Shown here: one piece after another, positions 49,997-60,585 of the stretch
Layout: each line of letters opens with the position of its first letter
Numbering within the stretch: the stretch's first letter is position 1
Source: Longimicrobiales bacterium
Lineage (GTDB): Bacteria; Gemmatimonadota; Gemmatimonadetes; Longimicrobiales; Gaopeijiaceae
DNA: 64,000 nucleotides
Direction: 5' to 3'
NCBI GenBank assembly: GCA_965219445.1
Contig: CBDCNQ010000003.1
Span: 320,001 to 384,000, forward strand
Position numbers and translations under genes: made by a program
Notes under the pieces: model-generated
What the model was told of the DNA's origin: nothing
The model's database searches: none
Seen by the model: the letters and a program-made list of their open reading frames with translations, nothing else

Positions 49997-50030
49997 GAAG
50001 GGGCGGCCTCTGAACGAGGACCGCCCCTTC
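49997..50030 (+). terminator. Terminator after LamG/PKD gene 2
   Basis: GAAGGGGCGG…CCGCCCCTTC. Confidence 0.7.
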
Positions 50031-50109
50031 TGTATTCCCTACGACTCTCCTAGACCGAGGCCGCAGTCGGGATCAACCTACCCGTTCGGCCCTCGAGGCT
50101 CCCCGCCCG

Positions 50110-50766
50110 CTACAGCTCCAACCCGTACTGCAGCCCCAGGAAGGTCTGCCGGTGGTGTGGCGTGGCCCCCAACCGCTCCAACGCGGCCAGGTGCTCCTCG
50201 GTGCCGTAGCCCATGTTGTGATCCCAACCGTAACCGGGATATCGCACGGCCAGTTTGGCCATGAGCCGATCCCGGCACACCTTCGCCACGATCGAAGCGC
50301 ACGCCACCGAGTGTACGAGGGCATCACCACCGACCAGGGCCTCATGCTTCCATCGGAGGGACCTCATCGGAAGGCCATCCACGACAACGTGATCCGGCTT
50401 GCGCGGCAACCTATCGAGAGCACGGTTCATGGCCCATGCGGTCGCCACGAGGATGTTGGCACGGTCGATTTCCCGAACTGAGGCCGCCCCGAGCGTAACG
50501 CCCTGGGCACGAGCCAGGATCAGCGTCGAGAGTTCCTCCCGCTCCATATGACCGAGCACCTTGGAGTCGGTAGCGCCCTCGATCTCCGTGCCCTCGGGAA
50601 GGACCACTGCAGCCGCAACCACCGGCCCGGCGAGGGGGCCGCGGCCAACCTCATCGACACCGGCTACCCCCAAAAGACCTCGGCTCCAGAACCGCCTCTC
50701 GTACTCGAGGGGGTCTTGGAGCCGTTCGACGCCCGCTTCGTCCGGCGACGGGGCCGGTGCGCTCAT
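50110..50766 (-). CDS. rnhB: Ribonuclease HII
   Basis: GVDEVGRGPLAGPV; DSK; ASIVAKVCRD; GYGT. Confidence 0.95.
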   Translation of the reverse strand: MSAPAPSPDEAGVERLQDPLEYERRFWSRGLLGVAGVDEVGRGPLAGPVVAAAVVLPEGTEIEGATDSKVLGHMEREELSTLILARAQGVTLGAASVREIDRANILVATAWAMNRALDRLPRKPDHVVVDGLPMRSLRWKHEALVGGDALVHSVACASIVAKVCRDRLMAKLAVRYPGYGWDHNMGYGTEEHLAALERLGATPHHRQTFLGLQYGLEL

Positions 50767-50784
50767 CGTAGTATCGTCGTGTGC

Positions 50785-51135
50785 CTACGAGGTCCGCTTC
50801 TCCCGGATGCGTGCCGCCCTGCCTCGAAGCCCTCTCAAATAGTAGAGTTTGGCACGTCGTACACGCCCGCGACGGACCACCTCGACCGCCGTGACAGTCG
50901 GCGCATGGAGCGGAAACACGCGCTCGACGCCGACCCCGCTGGAGATCTTCCGGACCGTGAAGGTCTCACCGGTTCCACCTCCCCGACGCCCAATGCAGAC
51001 GCCCTCGAAGGCTTGAATGCGCTCCTTAGAGCCCTCTCGGACGTTGTAGAGCACCCGAACCGTATCACCGGGAGCGAAGTCGGGGGAGTCGTCCCTCAAC
51101 TCCTCCTTCTCGAGCTCGTGGATAAGATCAGACAT
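50785..51135 (-). CDS. rplS: 50S ribosomal protein L19
   Basis: [33 protein letters not shown]; start at MSDLIH. Confidence 0.97.
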   Translation of the reverse strand: MSDLIHELEKEELRDDSPDFAPGDTVRVLYNVREGSKERIQAFEGVCIGRRGGGTGETFTVRKISSGVGVERVFPLHAPTVTAVEVVRRGRVRRAKLYYLRGLRGRAARIREKRTS

Positions 51136-51229
51136 GTCACGTCCCGTGGTTCGGGCGAACGTCCTGTTCGTCGACAATCTATAAGATAATCGACGTCCAA
51201 CGACCGGTGAAGAGGGAGTTGGAAGAGGG

Positions 51230-51907
51230 TTACTCGCCCTTCCGCTCCTCCCTACGACGCTTCGCCTCGGCCTCTCGCCACTCTTCGATCTTCCGGTGAT
51301 CCCCGGTGCGAAGGACTTCGGGAACAGCGTATCCTCGGTACTCCGGGGGTCGCGTAAAGGACGGGGCGCTGAGGGAGGCACCGTCGTAAAAGGAGTCCGT
51401 CGCCGCCGAGTCGTGGTCGCCCATCGCCCCGGGGAGGAGTCGGACCACTGAGTCCGCAACCGCGAGCGCTCCGATCTCTCCCCCGGACAGTACGAAGCGT
51501 CCGAGGGAGATCTCTTCCGTGGCGAGGTGGTCGGCGACCCGTTGGTCGACGTCCTTGTAGTGGCCGCAAAGAAGCGTCAGGTCCGGTTGCACAGCATAGC
51601 GAACCGCATCCTCATGGCTGAAGATCTTTCCACGCGCAGACAGGAGCACGACCGGACCCTTCGGGGCCAGACTGTCGACCGCTTCGAAGAAAGGTTCGGG
51701 CTTCATGACCATCCCCGCACCGCCCCCGTAGGGCGTGTCGTCCACCGTCTGGTGCCGATCGGTCGTGAACGCTCGGAGGTCCACAACCCGATATCGCACG
51801 AGCCCCGCCGCGGCCGCACGACCAGGAATGCTCGTCTCCAACGGCGTCTCGAAGAACTCGGGAAAGATCGTGACGATGTTGATCGTTATTGGATCGTCGC
51901 CGCCCAC
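51230..51907 (-). CDS. trmD: tRNA (guanine-N1)-methyltransferase
   Basis: [38 protein letters not shown]. Confidence 0.95.
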   Translation of the reverse strand: MGGDDPITINIVTIFPEFFETPLETSIPGRAAAAGLVRYRVVDLRAFTTDRHQTVDDTPYGGGAGMVMKPEPFFEAVDSLAPKGPVVLLSARGKIFSHEDAVRYAVQPDLTLLCGHYKDVDQRVADHLATEEISLGRFVLSGGEIGALAVADSVVRLLPGAMGDHDSAATDSFYDGASLSAPSFTRPPEYRGYAVPEVLRTGDHRKIEEWREAEAKRRREERKGE

Positions 51908-51908
51908 G

Positions 51909-52451
51909 CTAAACCTCCAAGAGGCCCGGGGGCGGGTCGAGAATAATGCGATTGTCCGCCACGCTCACCGATCGGACCATCTCCGAGATATATGGGATCA
52001 GGAAGGTCTTCTCCGGACCCCTGATCTCCAAAAGATCGGCTGGCTTCAACTCGTAGATTTCGATGACCTCCCCCACCCGCTCGCCCTCGATGTTGACGAC
52101 CTCCATGCCGAGGAGGTCGTGGTAGAAGGTTTCACCCTCCTTCAACTCCTCGAGCTGCTCCATGGCGCGCATGACGTACCGGCCCAGCAGATCCTCCACT
52201 TCACGCCGGTCCTGGACCCCCTCGAAACGAACCAGGAAGCCGCGGCGATAGGCACGCCTAGCCTCGATTCGCAGTGTCGGTGCGTCGGTGGACAGATCAC
52301 CGTTTGCGTCACCTAGGTACAGATCCACCCCTGGAGCGAACGTGCTCTGGGGGTGGTCGGTCAGCGGCCAGATGAAGACCTCGCCCTTGGTACCGTGGGC
52401 CTTGTTGAGGTGCCCCACGACCAAATGCTGCGGGGCTTGGGTCTTACCCAT
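51909..52451 (-). CDS. rimM: 16S rRNA processing protein RimM
   Basis: HGTKGEV; FYHDLLG; LIPY; PPGLL; conserved gene order. Confidence 0.92.
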   Translation of the reverse strand: MGKTQAPQHLVVGHLNKAHGTKGEVFIWPLTDHPQSTFAPGVDLYLGDANGDLSTDAPTLRIEARRAYRRGFLVRFEGVQDRREVEDLLGRYVMRAMEQLEELKEGETFYHDLLGMEVVNIEGERVGEVIEIYELKPADLLEIRGPEKTFLIPYISEMVRSVSVADNRIILDPPPGLLEV

Positions 52452-52472
52452 GATGGCGGCACGTGCGAGAAG

Positions 52473-53549
52473 TTACTCCGACTTCTTTTCCTTCTTCTTG
52501 GCAGCCGGCTTCTTTTTGGCAGCCGTCTCCTTTTTGGCAGCCGTCTCCTTTTTGGCGGCCGTCTCCTTTTTGGCGGCCGGCTTCTTCTTGGCGGCTGGCT
52601 TCTTCTTGGCGGCTGGCTTCTTCTTGGCAGCTGGCTTCTTCTTGGCGGCTGGCTTCTTCTTGGCAGCTGGCTTCTTCTTGGCGGCCGGCTTCTTCGCGGC
52701 GGCGGGTTTCGTTTCTTCCACAGCCTCCGCTTCGGGCTCAGCCTCTTCCTCCGCTGTGGGCTCCTCTTCAGCAGCCTCCACTTCGGGCTCTGCCTCTACT
52801 TCGGCAGCAGGCTCCTCTGCGGGCACTTCCGCTTGGGGGTCAGCTTCCGCCTCAGCCGCAGGCTGCTCTGCGGGCGCCTCCGCCTCGGGCTCCGCCTCTT
52901 CCTCCGCTTCGGGCTCAGCCTCTACTTCCGCCGCGGGCTCCTCTTCAGCAGCTTCCGCTTCGGGCTCAGCCTCTTCCTCCGCTGCGGGCTCCTCTTCGGC
53001 AGCAGGCTCCTCTTTTGCAGCCTCCGCCTCGGGCTCAGCTTCTACTCCAGCCACGGGCTCCTCTTCAGCAGCCTCCGCTTCGGGCTCAGCCTCTACAACC
53101 ATGGGCTCCTCTTCAGGAGCCTCCGCTTCGACCGCCTCTTCAGCCTCTACGGCAGCCACAGCCGCGGTCGCCGCCTCCTGGGCAGCCGCTGCAGCGGCCG
53201 CCTCCTCGCGGGCTTTCGCCTCGGCCTTGCGGCGTTCCTCCACGGCAGCCGCCTTGGCGGCTTTCGCCTCCTCGGGATCGATCTCGCCGACCGCCACCTT
53301 GGCGTCCCCACCCTTACGAACCTTGTTCAGTAGTGTACGGACCGTGTCGGATTGCTCGGCACCCTTCTGGATCCACTCATCGGCTTTCTCCAGATCCACG
53401 ACAATGCGCGCCGGGCTCGTCAGGGGCTTGTAGTACCCGAGAGTCTCCACGAAGCGACCATCCCTGGGCGCCGCGGAGTCGGCTACTACAATGCGATAAT
53501 GGGCCTGCTTCTTCCGGCCCATACGGCGAAGTCGAATTCTTACGGACAT
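52473..53549 (-). CDS. rpsP: 30S ribosomal protein S16 with a long low-complexity extension
   Basis: MSVRIRLRRMG…YRIVVADS…RDGRFVE…GAEQSDTV, then E/A/P repeats and KKPAA repeats. Confidence 0.95.
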   Translation of the reverse strand: MSVRIRLRRMGRKKQAHYRIVVADSAAPRDGRFVETLGYYKPLTSPARIVVDLEKADEWIQKGAEQSDTVRTLLNKVRKGGDAKVAVGEIDPEEAKAAKAAAVEERRKAEAKAREEAAAAAAAQEAATAAVAAVEAEEAVEAEAPEEEPMVVEAEPEAEAAEEEPVAGVEAEPEAEAAKEEPAAEEEPAAEEEAEPEAEAAEEEPAAEVEAEPEAEEEAEPEAEAPAEQPAAEAEADPQAEVPAEEPAAEVEAEPEVEAAEEEPTAEEEAEPEAEAVEETKPAAAKKPAAKKKPAAKKKPAAKKKPAAKKKPAAKKKPAAKKKPAAKKETAAKKETAAKKETAAKKKPAAKKKEKKSE

Positions 53550-53605
53550 ATGCGCATTCCGGTTCGTCCTTTGTCGCCGGCTAATCCCAGCGAATTTCCA
53601 AGTGA

Positions 53606-54904
53606 TCAGACGGGCATCATACCCTTCATCTGTTTCATGAACTTCTGCGTTTCCTTGAACTGCTTGAGCAGTCGGTTCACTTCCGACACCGGCCGCCCAC
53701 TTCCCTTCGCGATTCGCGCCCTCCTCGATCCGTCCAGGATTTCCGGCTTGATTCGCTCGGCCTTCGTCATCGAGAGGATGATCGCCTCCACGTGCTTCAT
53801 CCTTTTCGGATCGATTCCCGCAGCCGGTATTGCCCGCGCCGCGCCGGGAATCATTTTCAGCAACTGCTCCACCGGACCCATCTTCTGGACCTGGCGCATC
53901 GCGGTCAAGAAGTCCTCCAACGTAAAGCGTCCCTTGAGCATCTGCTGTTGGAGCTTCTCCTGCGCTCCAACGTCCAGCACCTGCTCCGCCCGTTCCACCA
54001 AACCGACGACGTCCCCCATCCTGAGAATGCGCCCGGCTATACGATCCGGATCGGTCAATTCCAGGTCGTCTACCGTCTCCCCAACGCCCACAAACTTGAT
54101 CGGCTTCCCGACCACTCCCAGAATCGAGAGCGCCGCTCCGCCCCGGGCATCACCGTCCATCTTCGTGAGGATCACACCGGTCAGGCCCAACGCCTCGTCG
54201 AAGCCCTCCGCGATATTCACCGCCTCTTGGCCGGTCATGGCGTCGGCCACCAGCAGGATCTCTTGAGGCGTGAGATCCGCCCTGAGCCGGCGAAGCTCGT
54301 CCATCATCGGCTCATCGATCTGGAGCCGACCCGCCGTATCCACGATCAGCACAGTCCTGCCGTCACGTCGTGCAATTTCCACTGCGGCATTCGCCACGGA
54401 AATCGGATCTTCACCCGTCCCGCCCCGGTGAACCGGCACGCCGACCTGCTCCGCCAGCATGGCCAACTGATCGACAGCCGCCGGGCGGTAAAGGTCACAG
54501 GCGGCCAGCAAGGGCGCCCTGCCCTCACCTGCCAGCCGTTTCGCCAACTTCGCCACCGTGGTCGTCTTGCCCGAACCCTGCAGGCCCACAACCAAAATCA
54601 CCGTCGGCACCGACGACGCCCACTGGAGCGTAGCTTTTCCCTCGCCCAGCAGATTCGCCAACTCGTCATGGACGATTTTGACGATTTGCTGCCCCGGCGA
54701 AACAGACTTGATTACTTGCTCTCCGAGGGCCCGCTCCTGCACGCGCTCGAGGAACTGCCGCGTCACTTTATAGTTGACGTCTGCCTCGAGGAGAACCCGC
54801 CGGACCTCACGAAGTCCGTCCCGGATCAAGGGCTCAGTGATGACGCCCCGCTGCCGGAACTGCCCAAGAACGCTGTCTAGCTTGTTGCCAAGTTCGTCGA
54901 ACAT
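53606..54904 (-). CDS. ffh: Signal recognition particle protein
   Basis: GLQGSGKTT; DTAGR; TKMDGDARGG; IAKGSG in the M domain. Confidence 0.97.
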   Translation of the reverse strand: MFDELGNKLDSVLGQFRQRGVITEPLIRDGLREVRRVLLEADVNYKVTRQFLERVQERALGEQVIKSVSPGQQIVKIVHDELANLLGEGKATLQWASSVPTVILVVGLQGSGKTTTVAKLAKRLAGEGRAPLLAACDLYRPAAVDQLAMLAEQVGVPVHRGGTGEDPISVANAAVEIARRDGRTVLIVDTAGRLQIDEPMMDELRRLRADLTPQEILLVADAMTGQEAVNIAEGFDEALGLTGVILTKMDGDARGGAALSILGVVGKPIKFVGVGETVDDLELTDPDRIAGRILRMGDVVGLVERAEQVLDVGAQEKLQQQMLKGRFTLEDFLTAMRQVQKMGPVEQLLKMIPGAARAIPAAGIDPKRMKHVEAIILSMTKAERIKPEILDGSRRARIAKGSGRPVSEVNRLLKQFKETQKFMKQMKGMMPV

Positions 54905-55067
54905 CGGCGCCCGGTCCTCCTCATTGGCGATCTACCCAATCCCTCACCACCGACGCCCGAGCGAATGGATGCGACAAAGCTTAAAAAGATACGAGTATGG
55001 GGGAATCGACGGTAGATCGCACAAGCTGGCCGGACCAGCACTGAAAAGAGAAACGTTGGACGCTCCC

Positions 55068-56360
55068 TCAAACTCGGATGATCTGCCTCCTGCGAGTCCC
55101 CACGGAGACCATCTGAATGGGCGTCTCCGTAAGTTCCTCGATACGATCGAGGTAACGGCGGGCTGCGGTGGGCAAATCCGCCAAGGCGCGGGCCTCCCGA
55201 GTCGGTGTCTCCCAGCCCGGAAGCGTTTCATAGATCGGCTCCACCTCCCCGAGCTGCCAGGTGTCGGCCGGGAATTCATGGACCTCACCGCTCGGTGTTC
55301 GGTACGCGGTCGCAATTGAAATCTCGGGAACCGTATCCAGGACGTCTAACTTGGTCACGGCCAGCCCAGTCAGGCCGTTCACACGGGCAGCGAAACGGGC
55401 AAGCACGGCGTCGAACCAACCACACCGGCGTGGCCGCCCCGTCGTCGCTCCGAATTCTACACCCATCTCTCGAAACTTTTCGTCCATCTCCGGCTTGAAT
55501 CCCGTCGGAAGTGGACCGTTCCCCACACGCGTCGTGTAGGCTTTCACCACGCCGATCACCGCGTCGATCGCCGTAGGCCCGATCCCCGAGCCCGTCGCGG
55601 CGCCACCGGCAGTCGTGTTCGAGGAGGTGACGAACGGGTAGGTGCCATGATCCACGTCGAGCGCCGTGCCCTGGGCTCCCTCGAGCAATACACGCTTCCC
55701 GCCTCGAATGGCCTCCAGGATCTCGAGGCCCGTGTCCGTGGCGAGTCCATGGAGGCGCTCCCCCGCCACCAAGGTTTCAGCGACCATCGCACCGATATCG
55801 CCGGAGAGCTCTCCCCCCAACATCTGCGCACGCCGACACGCCCTCTCGACTCCCTCCTCGACTATCGAGGCGAGCCGGTCGGGGCTCGCGAGATCGGAGA
55901 CCCGAAGACCCTTCCGGCCTGCCTTTTCCTCGTAGGCCGGTCCAATTCCTCGCCCTGTCGTTCCGATTTTCTGCGCAGCCTGATCCTCCGAAACCTGGTC
56001 GAGCAGCCGATGATAAGGCATCACCAGGTGCGCCCTCTGGCTCACGCCGACCCTCCCCTCGACGGCGACGCCGCGAGCCTTCAGGTCATCGTACTCTTCG
56101 CTGAAGCCGACGGCGTCGATTACCACACCATTACCCAGAAGACAGCGTTTACCTGGGTGGAGGATCCCCGAGGGAATCTGGTGCAGAATGAATTCCTCCT
56201 CTCCAACGTGGACTGTGTGGCCGGCGTTGGCGCCACCCTGGTAACGGGCGACCACATGCACGTCCTCGGCGAGGACATCGACAATCTTCCCCTTCCCCTC
56301 GTCACCCCACTGGCAACCCAACACCACCATGCAGTGGCCGGACACGCTACCTTCAGACAC
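55068..56360 (-). CDS. purA: Adenylosuccinate synthetase
   Basis: QWGDEGKGK; GGANAGHT; IGTTGRGIGP; GATTGRPRRCGW. Confidence 0.97.
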   Translation of the reverse strand: MSEGSVSGHCMVVLGCQWGDEGKGKIVDVLAEDVHVVARYQGGANAGHTVHVGEEEFILHQIPSGILHPGKRCLLGNGVVIDAVGFSEEYDDLKARGVAVEGRVGVSQRAHLVMPYHRLLDQVSEDQAAQKIGTTGRGIGPAYEEKAGRKGLRVSDLASPDRLASIVEEGVERACRRAQMLGGELSGDIGAMVAETLVAGERLHGLATDTGLEILEAIRGGKRVLLEGAQGTALDVDHGTYPFVTSSNTTAGGAATGSGIGPTAIDAVIGVVKAYTTRVGNGPLPTGFKPEMDEKFREMGVEFGATTGRPRRCGWFDAVLARFAARVNGLTGLAVTKLDVLDTVPEISIATAYRTPSGEVHEFPADTWQLGEVEPIYETLPGWETPTREARALADLPTAARRYLDRIEELTETPIQMVSVGTRRRQIIRV

Positions 56361-56563
56361 GGCGTCATTCCGCGTTGGAAAGGCCCAAGAAGGCCTTGGA
56401 TATAAAGAAAAAAAGCCCATTCGGAGGGGAATGGGCTCTGGGCGGTACATCCTTTAGGAAAAGCTAGAGCCGAGGGGGTGGACCGTCAACGACGGCCGCC
56501 TCCGCTACGTCGACCCTCAAAGGCCACGGCCGAGGAGCAGCGCCCATTGAGGAGACCACTGCG

Positions 56564-57481
56564 TCAGATGGAAGGACTCTCCACCGCTTCGAGCCCCGCA
56601 CGATCGAGCACGCTGGCCACGCCCTCTCGCTCCGCATCGGGCAACGGCCGCAGAGGAGGCCGTGGGTCTCCCCCCCGGAGTCCGAGGAGATCCAGCCCTG
56701 CTTTCACCCCCGGAACACCCAAAGCCGCTACGATCTCTTCATGCACCGGAGCCACGACCTCCTGGACTCTTCCGGCCTCGGCCGAGTCACCGGCTCTGTA
56801 GGCCATGTGAATCGCGGCGGCGGGCCCGGGCACCAGGTTGGCGACACCGAGGACTCCTCCCGCGGCACCCAACTCGAGACCGCCGTAGAGAGCGGCGCCA
56901 CTCCCGACCAAAACCTGGAACCCATCCGGTGTACGGTCCACCAACTCCCCCACCACCTCGAGACTTCCCCTCGAGTCCTTGATCCCCACGATATCGGCGA
57001 TCTTGGCGAGTTCGGTGACTAGATTGGTGGAGAACTCCAGAGTGCTCATGCGCAGCGGCACCTGATAGAGGATGACCGGAATCGGAGATGCGGCTGCGAC
57101 TGTGCGATAATGATCCAACAATGCCGCGTCCGTCATTGCTCCCCGATAGAACGCGGGTGGCTGGACAAGTACGGCATCCGCGCCCTTCCCGGCGGACGCC
57201 TTGCAGCGGGCGACGGTGGTCCTCGTAGACTCTGCTCCAGTCCCCGCCACCACCAGGCGGTCTTCCGGAACCAGATCACGGGCGCCTTCGAGCAAAACCA
57301 TCCGCTCGTCCTCGTCCAAGAGCACGGCCTCTCCCGTGGATCCCCCGACGACGATCCCTCGGACCGGATGGGTCATGAAGCTCCGCAGGTTCGCGCGGAA
57401 CCCCACCACATCCACCTCTCCCGTTACCGGGTCGAATGGCGTCGTGCAGGGTATAAAAACGCCTGAGAGATCGACGCTCAC
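56564..57481 (-). CDS. Dihydrodipicolinate synthase family protein
   Basis: GSTGE; LYQVP; IVGIKDS Schiff-base Lys; PRPPL. Confidence 0.85.
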   Translation of the reverse strand: MSVDLSGVFIPCTTPFDPVTGEVDVVGFRANLRSFMTHPVRGIVVGGSTGEAVLLDEDERMVLLEGARDLVPEDRLVVAGTGAESTRTTVARCKASAGKGADAVLVQPPAFYRGAMTDAALLDHYRTVAAASPIPVILYQVPLRMSTLEFSTNLVTELAKIADIVGIKDSRGSLEVVGELVDRTPDGFQVLVGSGAALYGGLELGAAGGVLGVANLVPGPAAAIHMAYRAGDSAEAGRVQEVVAPVHEEIVAALGVPGVKAGLDLLGLRGGDPRPPLRPLPDAEREGVASVLDRAGLEAVESPSI

Positions 57482-58605
57482 GCGCTGAGGTCGCCCATCA
57501 CATCCGCAGGATCGGCTGTGATCGGTCGGCTGGTCCGTCCTTGACCGAGCATGTTCATCTTGAGGTCGAAGTCGCTCGGACTGTTAGCCGCGGCCATCGC
57601 TTCCTCGAAGGCTACACTGCCATCGTTTACCAGATCCATGAGGTGCTGATCGAAGGTCTGCGATCCGTATTGCTCCCTCCCGTCATTGATCAGGTCGAGG
57701 ATCTCGTCGATGCGCTCCGGATCCATGATACAATCTCGAATGGTCCCCGTAACGAGCATGATCTCGGCAGCCACGACGAGTCCATTCCCTTTGGCCGTCG
57801 GAAGCAGTCGCTGGCTGATCACCGCTTTGATCGTGTCCGCGAGGCGAACACGGATCATTTCCTGCTCCTCCGGACGGAACACTGCGACGATTCGCGAGAG
57901 AGTCTGAACGGCGTTCTTCGTGTGAACGGTGGAGATAACCAGGTGGCCCGTTTCGGCAGCCTTGAGCGCCGTGTCGATCGTGTCCTTGTCGCGCATCTCA
58001 CCGATGAGTATGACATCGGGGTCCTGACGGAGGGAGGAGCGAAGTCCCGACGAAAACGACTCGGTATCCCAACCCACGTCGCGTTGGGTGACTGAAGAGT
58101 TGAGATCCCGATGCAGAAACTCGATGGGATCCTCGAGCGTGATGATGTGCTTGTGCATGTTCCGGTTGATGTACCCGATGATGGACGCCATCGTCGAGCT
58201 CTTCCCGCTACCCGTAACGCCCGTGACAAGGACCAGCCCCCGTTCGTTCTGAGATATTTCTTCGAGGACGGATGGGAGCCTGAGATCGGCGAACGTCGGA
58301 ATCTCGATCGTGATAATCCTCATGACGATTGCGAGAACACCGCGCTGCTTATGGATGTTGACGCGGAAGCGCCCAAGGCCGGGAAGACCCCACGAACAGT
58401 CGTAATCCTGGATCTCGTCGATGCGCTCCCGATCACCTTCGTGGGGAATGAGCTTGACGGCCAACTCACGGACTTGGGCGTGGGAGATCTTCTGCTCTGT
58501 GAGCGGAGTCAGCTCCCCGTTCAACCGGGCTCGGACAAAATCGCCGGCCTTGATATGGAGATCACTGGCCCCATCCTCGATCGCCTTCTTGAACATCTCA
58601 TTCAT
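57478..58605 (-). CDS. pilT: PilT/PilU type IV pilus ATPase
   Basis: ASDLH; TGVTGSGKS; EDPIEF; LRQDPDVILIGEMRD; AETGH. Confidence 0.9.
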   Translation of the reverse strand: MNEMFKKAIEDGASDLHIKAGDFVRARLNGELTPLTEQKISHAQVRELAVKLIPHEGDRERIDEIQDYDCSWGLPGLGRFRVNIHKQRGVLAIVMRIITIEIPTFADLRLPSVLEEISQNERGLVLVTGVTGSGKSSTMASIIGYINRNMHKHIITLEDPIEFLHRDLNSSVTQRDVGWDTESFSSGLRSSLRQDPDVILIGEMRDKDTIDTALKAAETGHLVISTVHTKNAVQTLSRIVAVFRPEEQEMIRVRLADTIKAVISQRLLPTAKGNGLVVAAEIMLVTGTIRDCIMDPERIDEILDLINDGREQYGSQTFDQHLMDLVNDGSVAFEEAMAAANSPSDFDLKMNMLGQGRTSRPITADPADVMGDLSA

Positions 58606-58668
58606 CGGCCTCGTACCCCTTGCATGTCATCATCGAGTTAGAGAACAACCCTATTCAAAGTTGTGCAC

Positions 58669-59682
58669 TCACAGGGCGGAGCGCCAACTGATTCCCATGC
58701 GGCTGCGGGCTTCGGCCAACGTTTCCCGAGCCACGGCACGGGCCCGATCGGCTCCTGCCTCCAGCACGTCACGCACCTCGGTGGGGTGAGCTCGGAGGTA
58801 CTCGGCACGCTCCCGGAAAGGAGCGAACTCACGCACGAGGCTGTCGGCGAGGATCCGCTTGCAGTCGACGCACCCCCTGCTCCCGGCCCTACACTGCGCC
58901 TCGATGTCTGGAATGAGGGAGGCATTGGTGACCAGTTTGTGGAGCGTGAACACGTTGCACACCTCGGGTCGGCCGGGGTCGTCCCGGCGGACACGTTGCG
59001 GGTCGGTCACGGCCGTCCTGACGCGCTCCCACACACCCTCCTCGTCCGCCAGGATACCGACCGTATTCCCCAGCGATTTACTCATCTTGGCCTCCCCATC
59101 GAGCCCCTTGATCCGGCCGACCTCGGGGATGATGGCGCCTGGCTCGGGGAAGTACTCCCCGTATCGGGCGTTCCATTTCCGGGCGATGTCCCGCGTGAGC
59201 TCAAGATGCTGTCTCTGGTCCTCACCCACCGGAACCGCGTCGGCACGATAGACGAGAATGTCGGCCGCCTGTAGGACCGGGTAGTTGAGCAATCCCACCG
59301 GGATCGAATCGTATCGCTGCGACTTGTCCTTGTACTGCGTCATGCGTTCGAGGTCGCCGACCGGGGCCACCGTATTGAAGAGCCAAGCCAACTCGATGTG
59401 CTCGGGCACGTCGGATTGAACGAAGAGTGTGCATCGCTCGGGATCCACGCCCACGGACAAGACGCTGATGGCCATGTCCACGGTCCGGGACGGAAGATCG
59501 GCGGGATCGGCCTCCCCAAGGATCGCGTGCAGATCCACAATCGAGTAGAAGCACTCGTATTCCTCCTGCATGTGGACCCACTGTCGGAGGGCTCCCAAAT
59601 AGTTGCCCAGGTGGACCTCTCCCGTGGGCTGAATCCCACTAAGGACCCTCTTCCGCGCCGTCCCCTCGCTGGTCTCGTTCAT
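58669..59682 (-). CDS. trpS: Tryptophan--tRNA ligase
   Basis: SGIQPTG; HLGN; YPVLQAADI; VPVGEDQ; KMSKS. Confidence 0.97.
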   Translation of the reverse strand: MNETSEGTARKRVLSGIQPTGEVHLGNYLGALRQWVHMQEEYECFYSIVDLHAILGEADPADLPSRTVDMAISVLSVGVDPERCTLFVQSDVPEHIELAWLFNTVAPVGDLERMTQYKDKSQRYDSIPVGLLNYPVLQAADILVYRADAVPVGEDQRQHLELTRDIARKWNARYGEYFPEPGAIIPEVGRIKGLDGEAKMSKSLGNTVGILADEEGVWERVRTAVTDPQRVRRDDPGRPEVCNVFTLHKLVTNASLIPDIEAQCRAGSRGCVDCKRILADSLVREFAPFRERAEYLRAHPTEVRDVLEAGADRARAVARETLAEARSRMGISWRSAL

Positions 59683-59771
59683 CGCGTAACCTACGTACCG
59701 CCCAAGACGATGTGAATGCGCCCCATCCACCATGAGTCGACGAGGGTGGGCCGATCCGCTACCCTCGGGCG

Positions 59772-60572
59772 ATGACAAATCTCCTCACCACCGCGCTGGA
59801 CACGGCTCGCAGAGCCGCCGACGCCGCCGCGGCCGTCCACAAGGACCAGGCTACCTCGGTGGGAATCGCCGACGCGGAAGAAAAGGGCCGAGCCGATTAT
59901 GTGTCGGCGACGGATGTCGCCGCTCAGGAAGCCTGCGTCGCCGTCATCCGCGAGAGCCATCCGGACCACGCCATCGTCGCGGAAGAAAGCCACGAAGGGG
60001 ATCCGGACGCCATATCGCCAGTGGGGCCGGCCTGGATCATCGATCCGCTCGACGGAACCACGAACTTTCTGCATGGCCATCCGATGCATGCCTCTTCCGT
60101 CGCATTGGCGATCGACGGGATTCCGGCTGTCGGGGCCGTTTCGTGCGCACCCACAGGAGAACGCTGGTGGGCGGCTCGCGGTAAGGGCGCTTGGAAGAAT
60201 GGCGCACCCATCGAGGTGTCCGGCATGGAGGAGACTCGGCGTGCCTTGATCGGGACGGGTTTTCCGTTCAAAACGGAGCACCTCATTGGGGAGCACGCCG
60301 ACCAGCTCGCCCGCGTACTCATGGCCACTGGAGGCGTCCGCCGCGGGGGGGCGGCCGCTATCGATCTCTGCTACCTGGCGGAGGGAAGGTTCGACGGCTT
60401 CTGGGAGCTTTTCTTGAGCCCCTGGGACTTCGCGGCAGGATGGGTGATCGTCGAAGAGGCGGGCGGTGTGCTGGGCCGGGTAGAAGGAGGCGCACTGCGA
60501 CTCTCCCCCGGAACAGTCATCGGGGCCAACTCACCGACCATGAAGGAGGCGCTACACGAACTGATCGCGTAG
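59772..60572 (+). CDS. suhB: Inositol monophosphatase family protein
   Basis: WIIDPLDGTTNF; RRGGAAAIDL; WDFAAG. Confidence 0.9.
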   Translation: MTNLLTTALDTARRAADAAAAVHKDQATSVGIADAEEKGRADYVSATDVAAQEACVAVIRESHPDHAIVAEESHEGDPDAISPVGPAWIIDPLDGTTNFLHGHPMHASSVALAIDGIPAVGAVSCAPTGERWWAARGKGAWKNGAPIEVSGMEETRRALIGTGFPFKTEHLIGEHADQLARVLMATGGVRRGGAAAIDLCYLAEGRFDGFWELFLSPWDFAAGWVIVEEAGGVLGRVEGGALRLSPGTVIGANSPTMKEALHELIA

Positions 60573-60585
60573 CGCCCCCCGGGGG

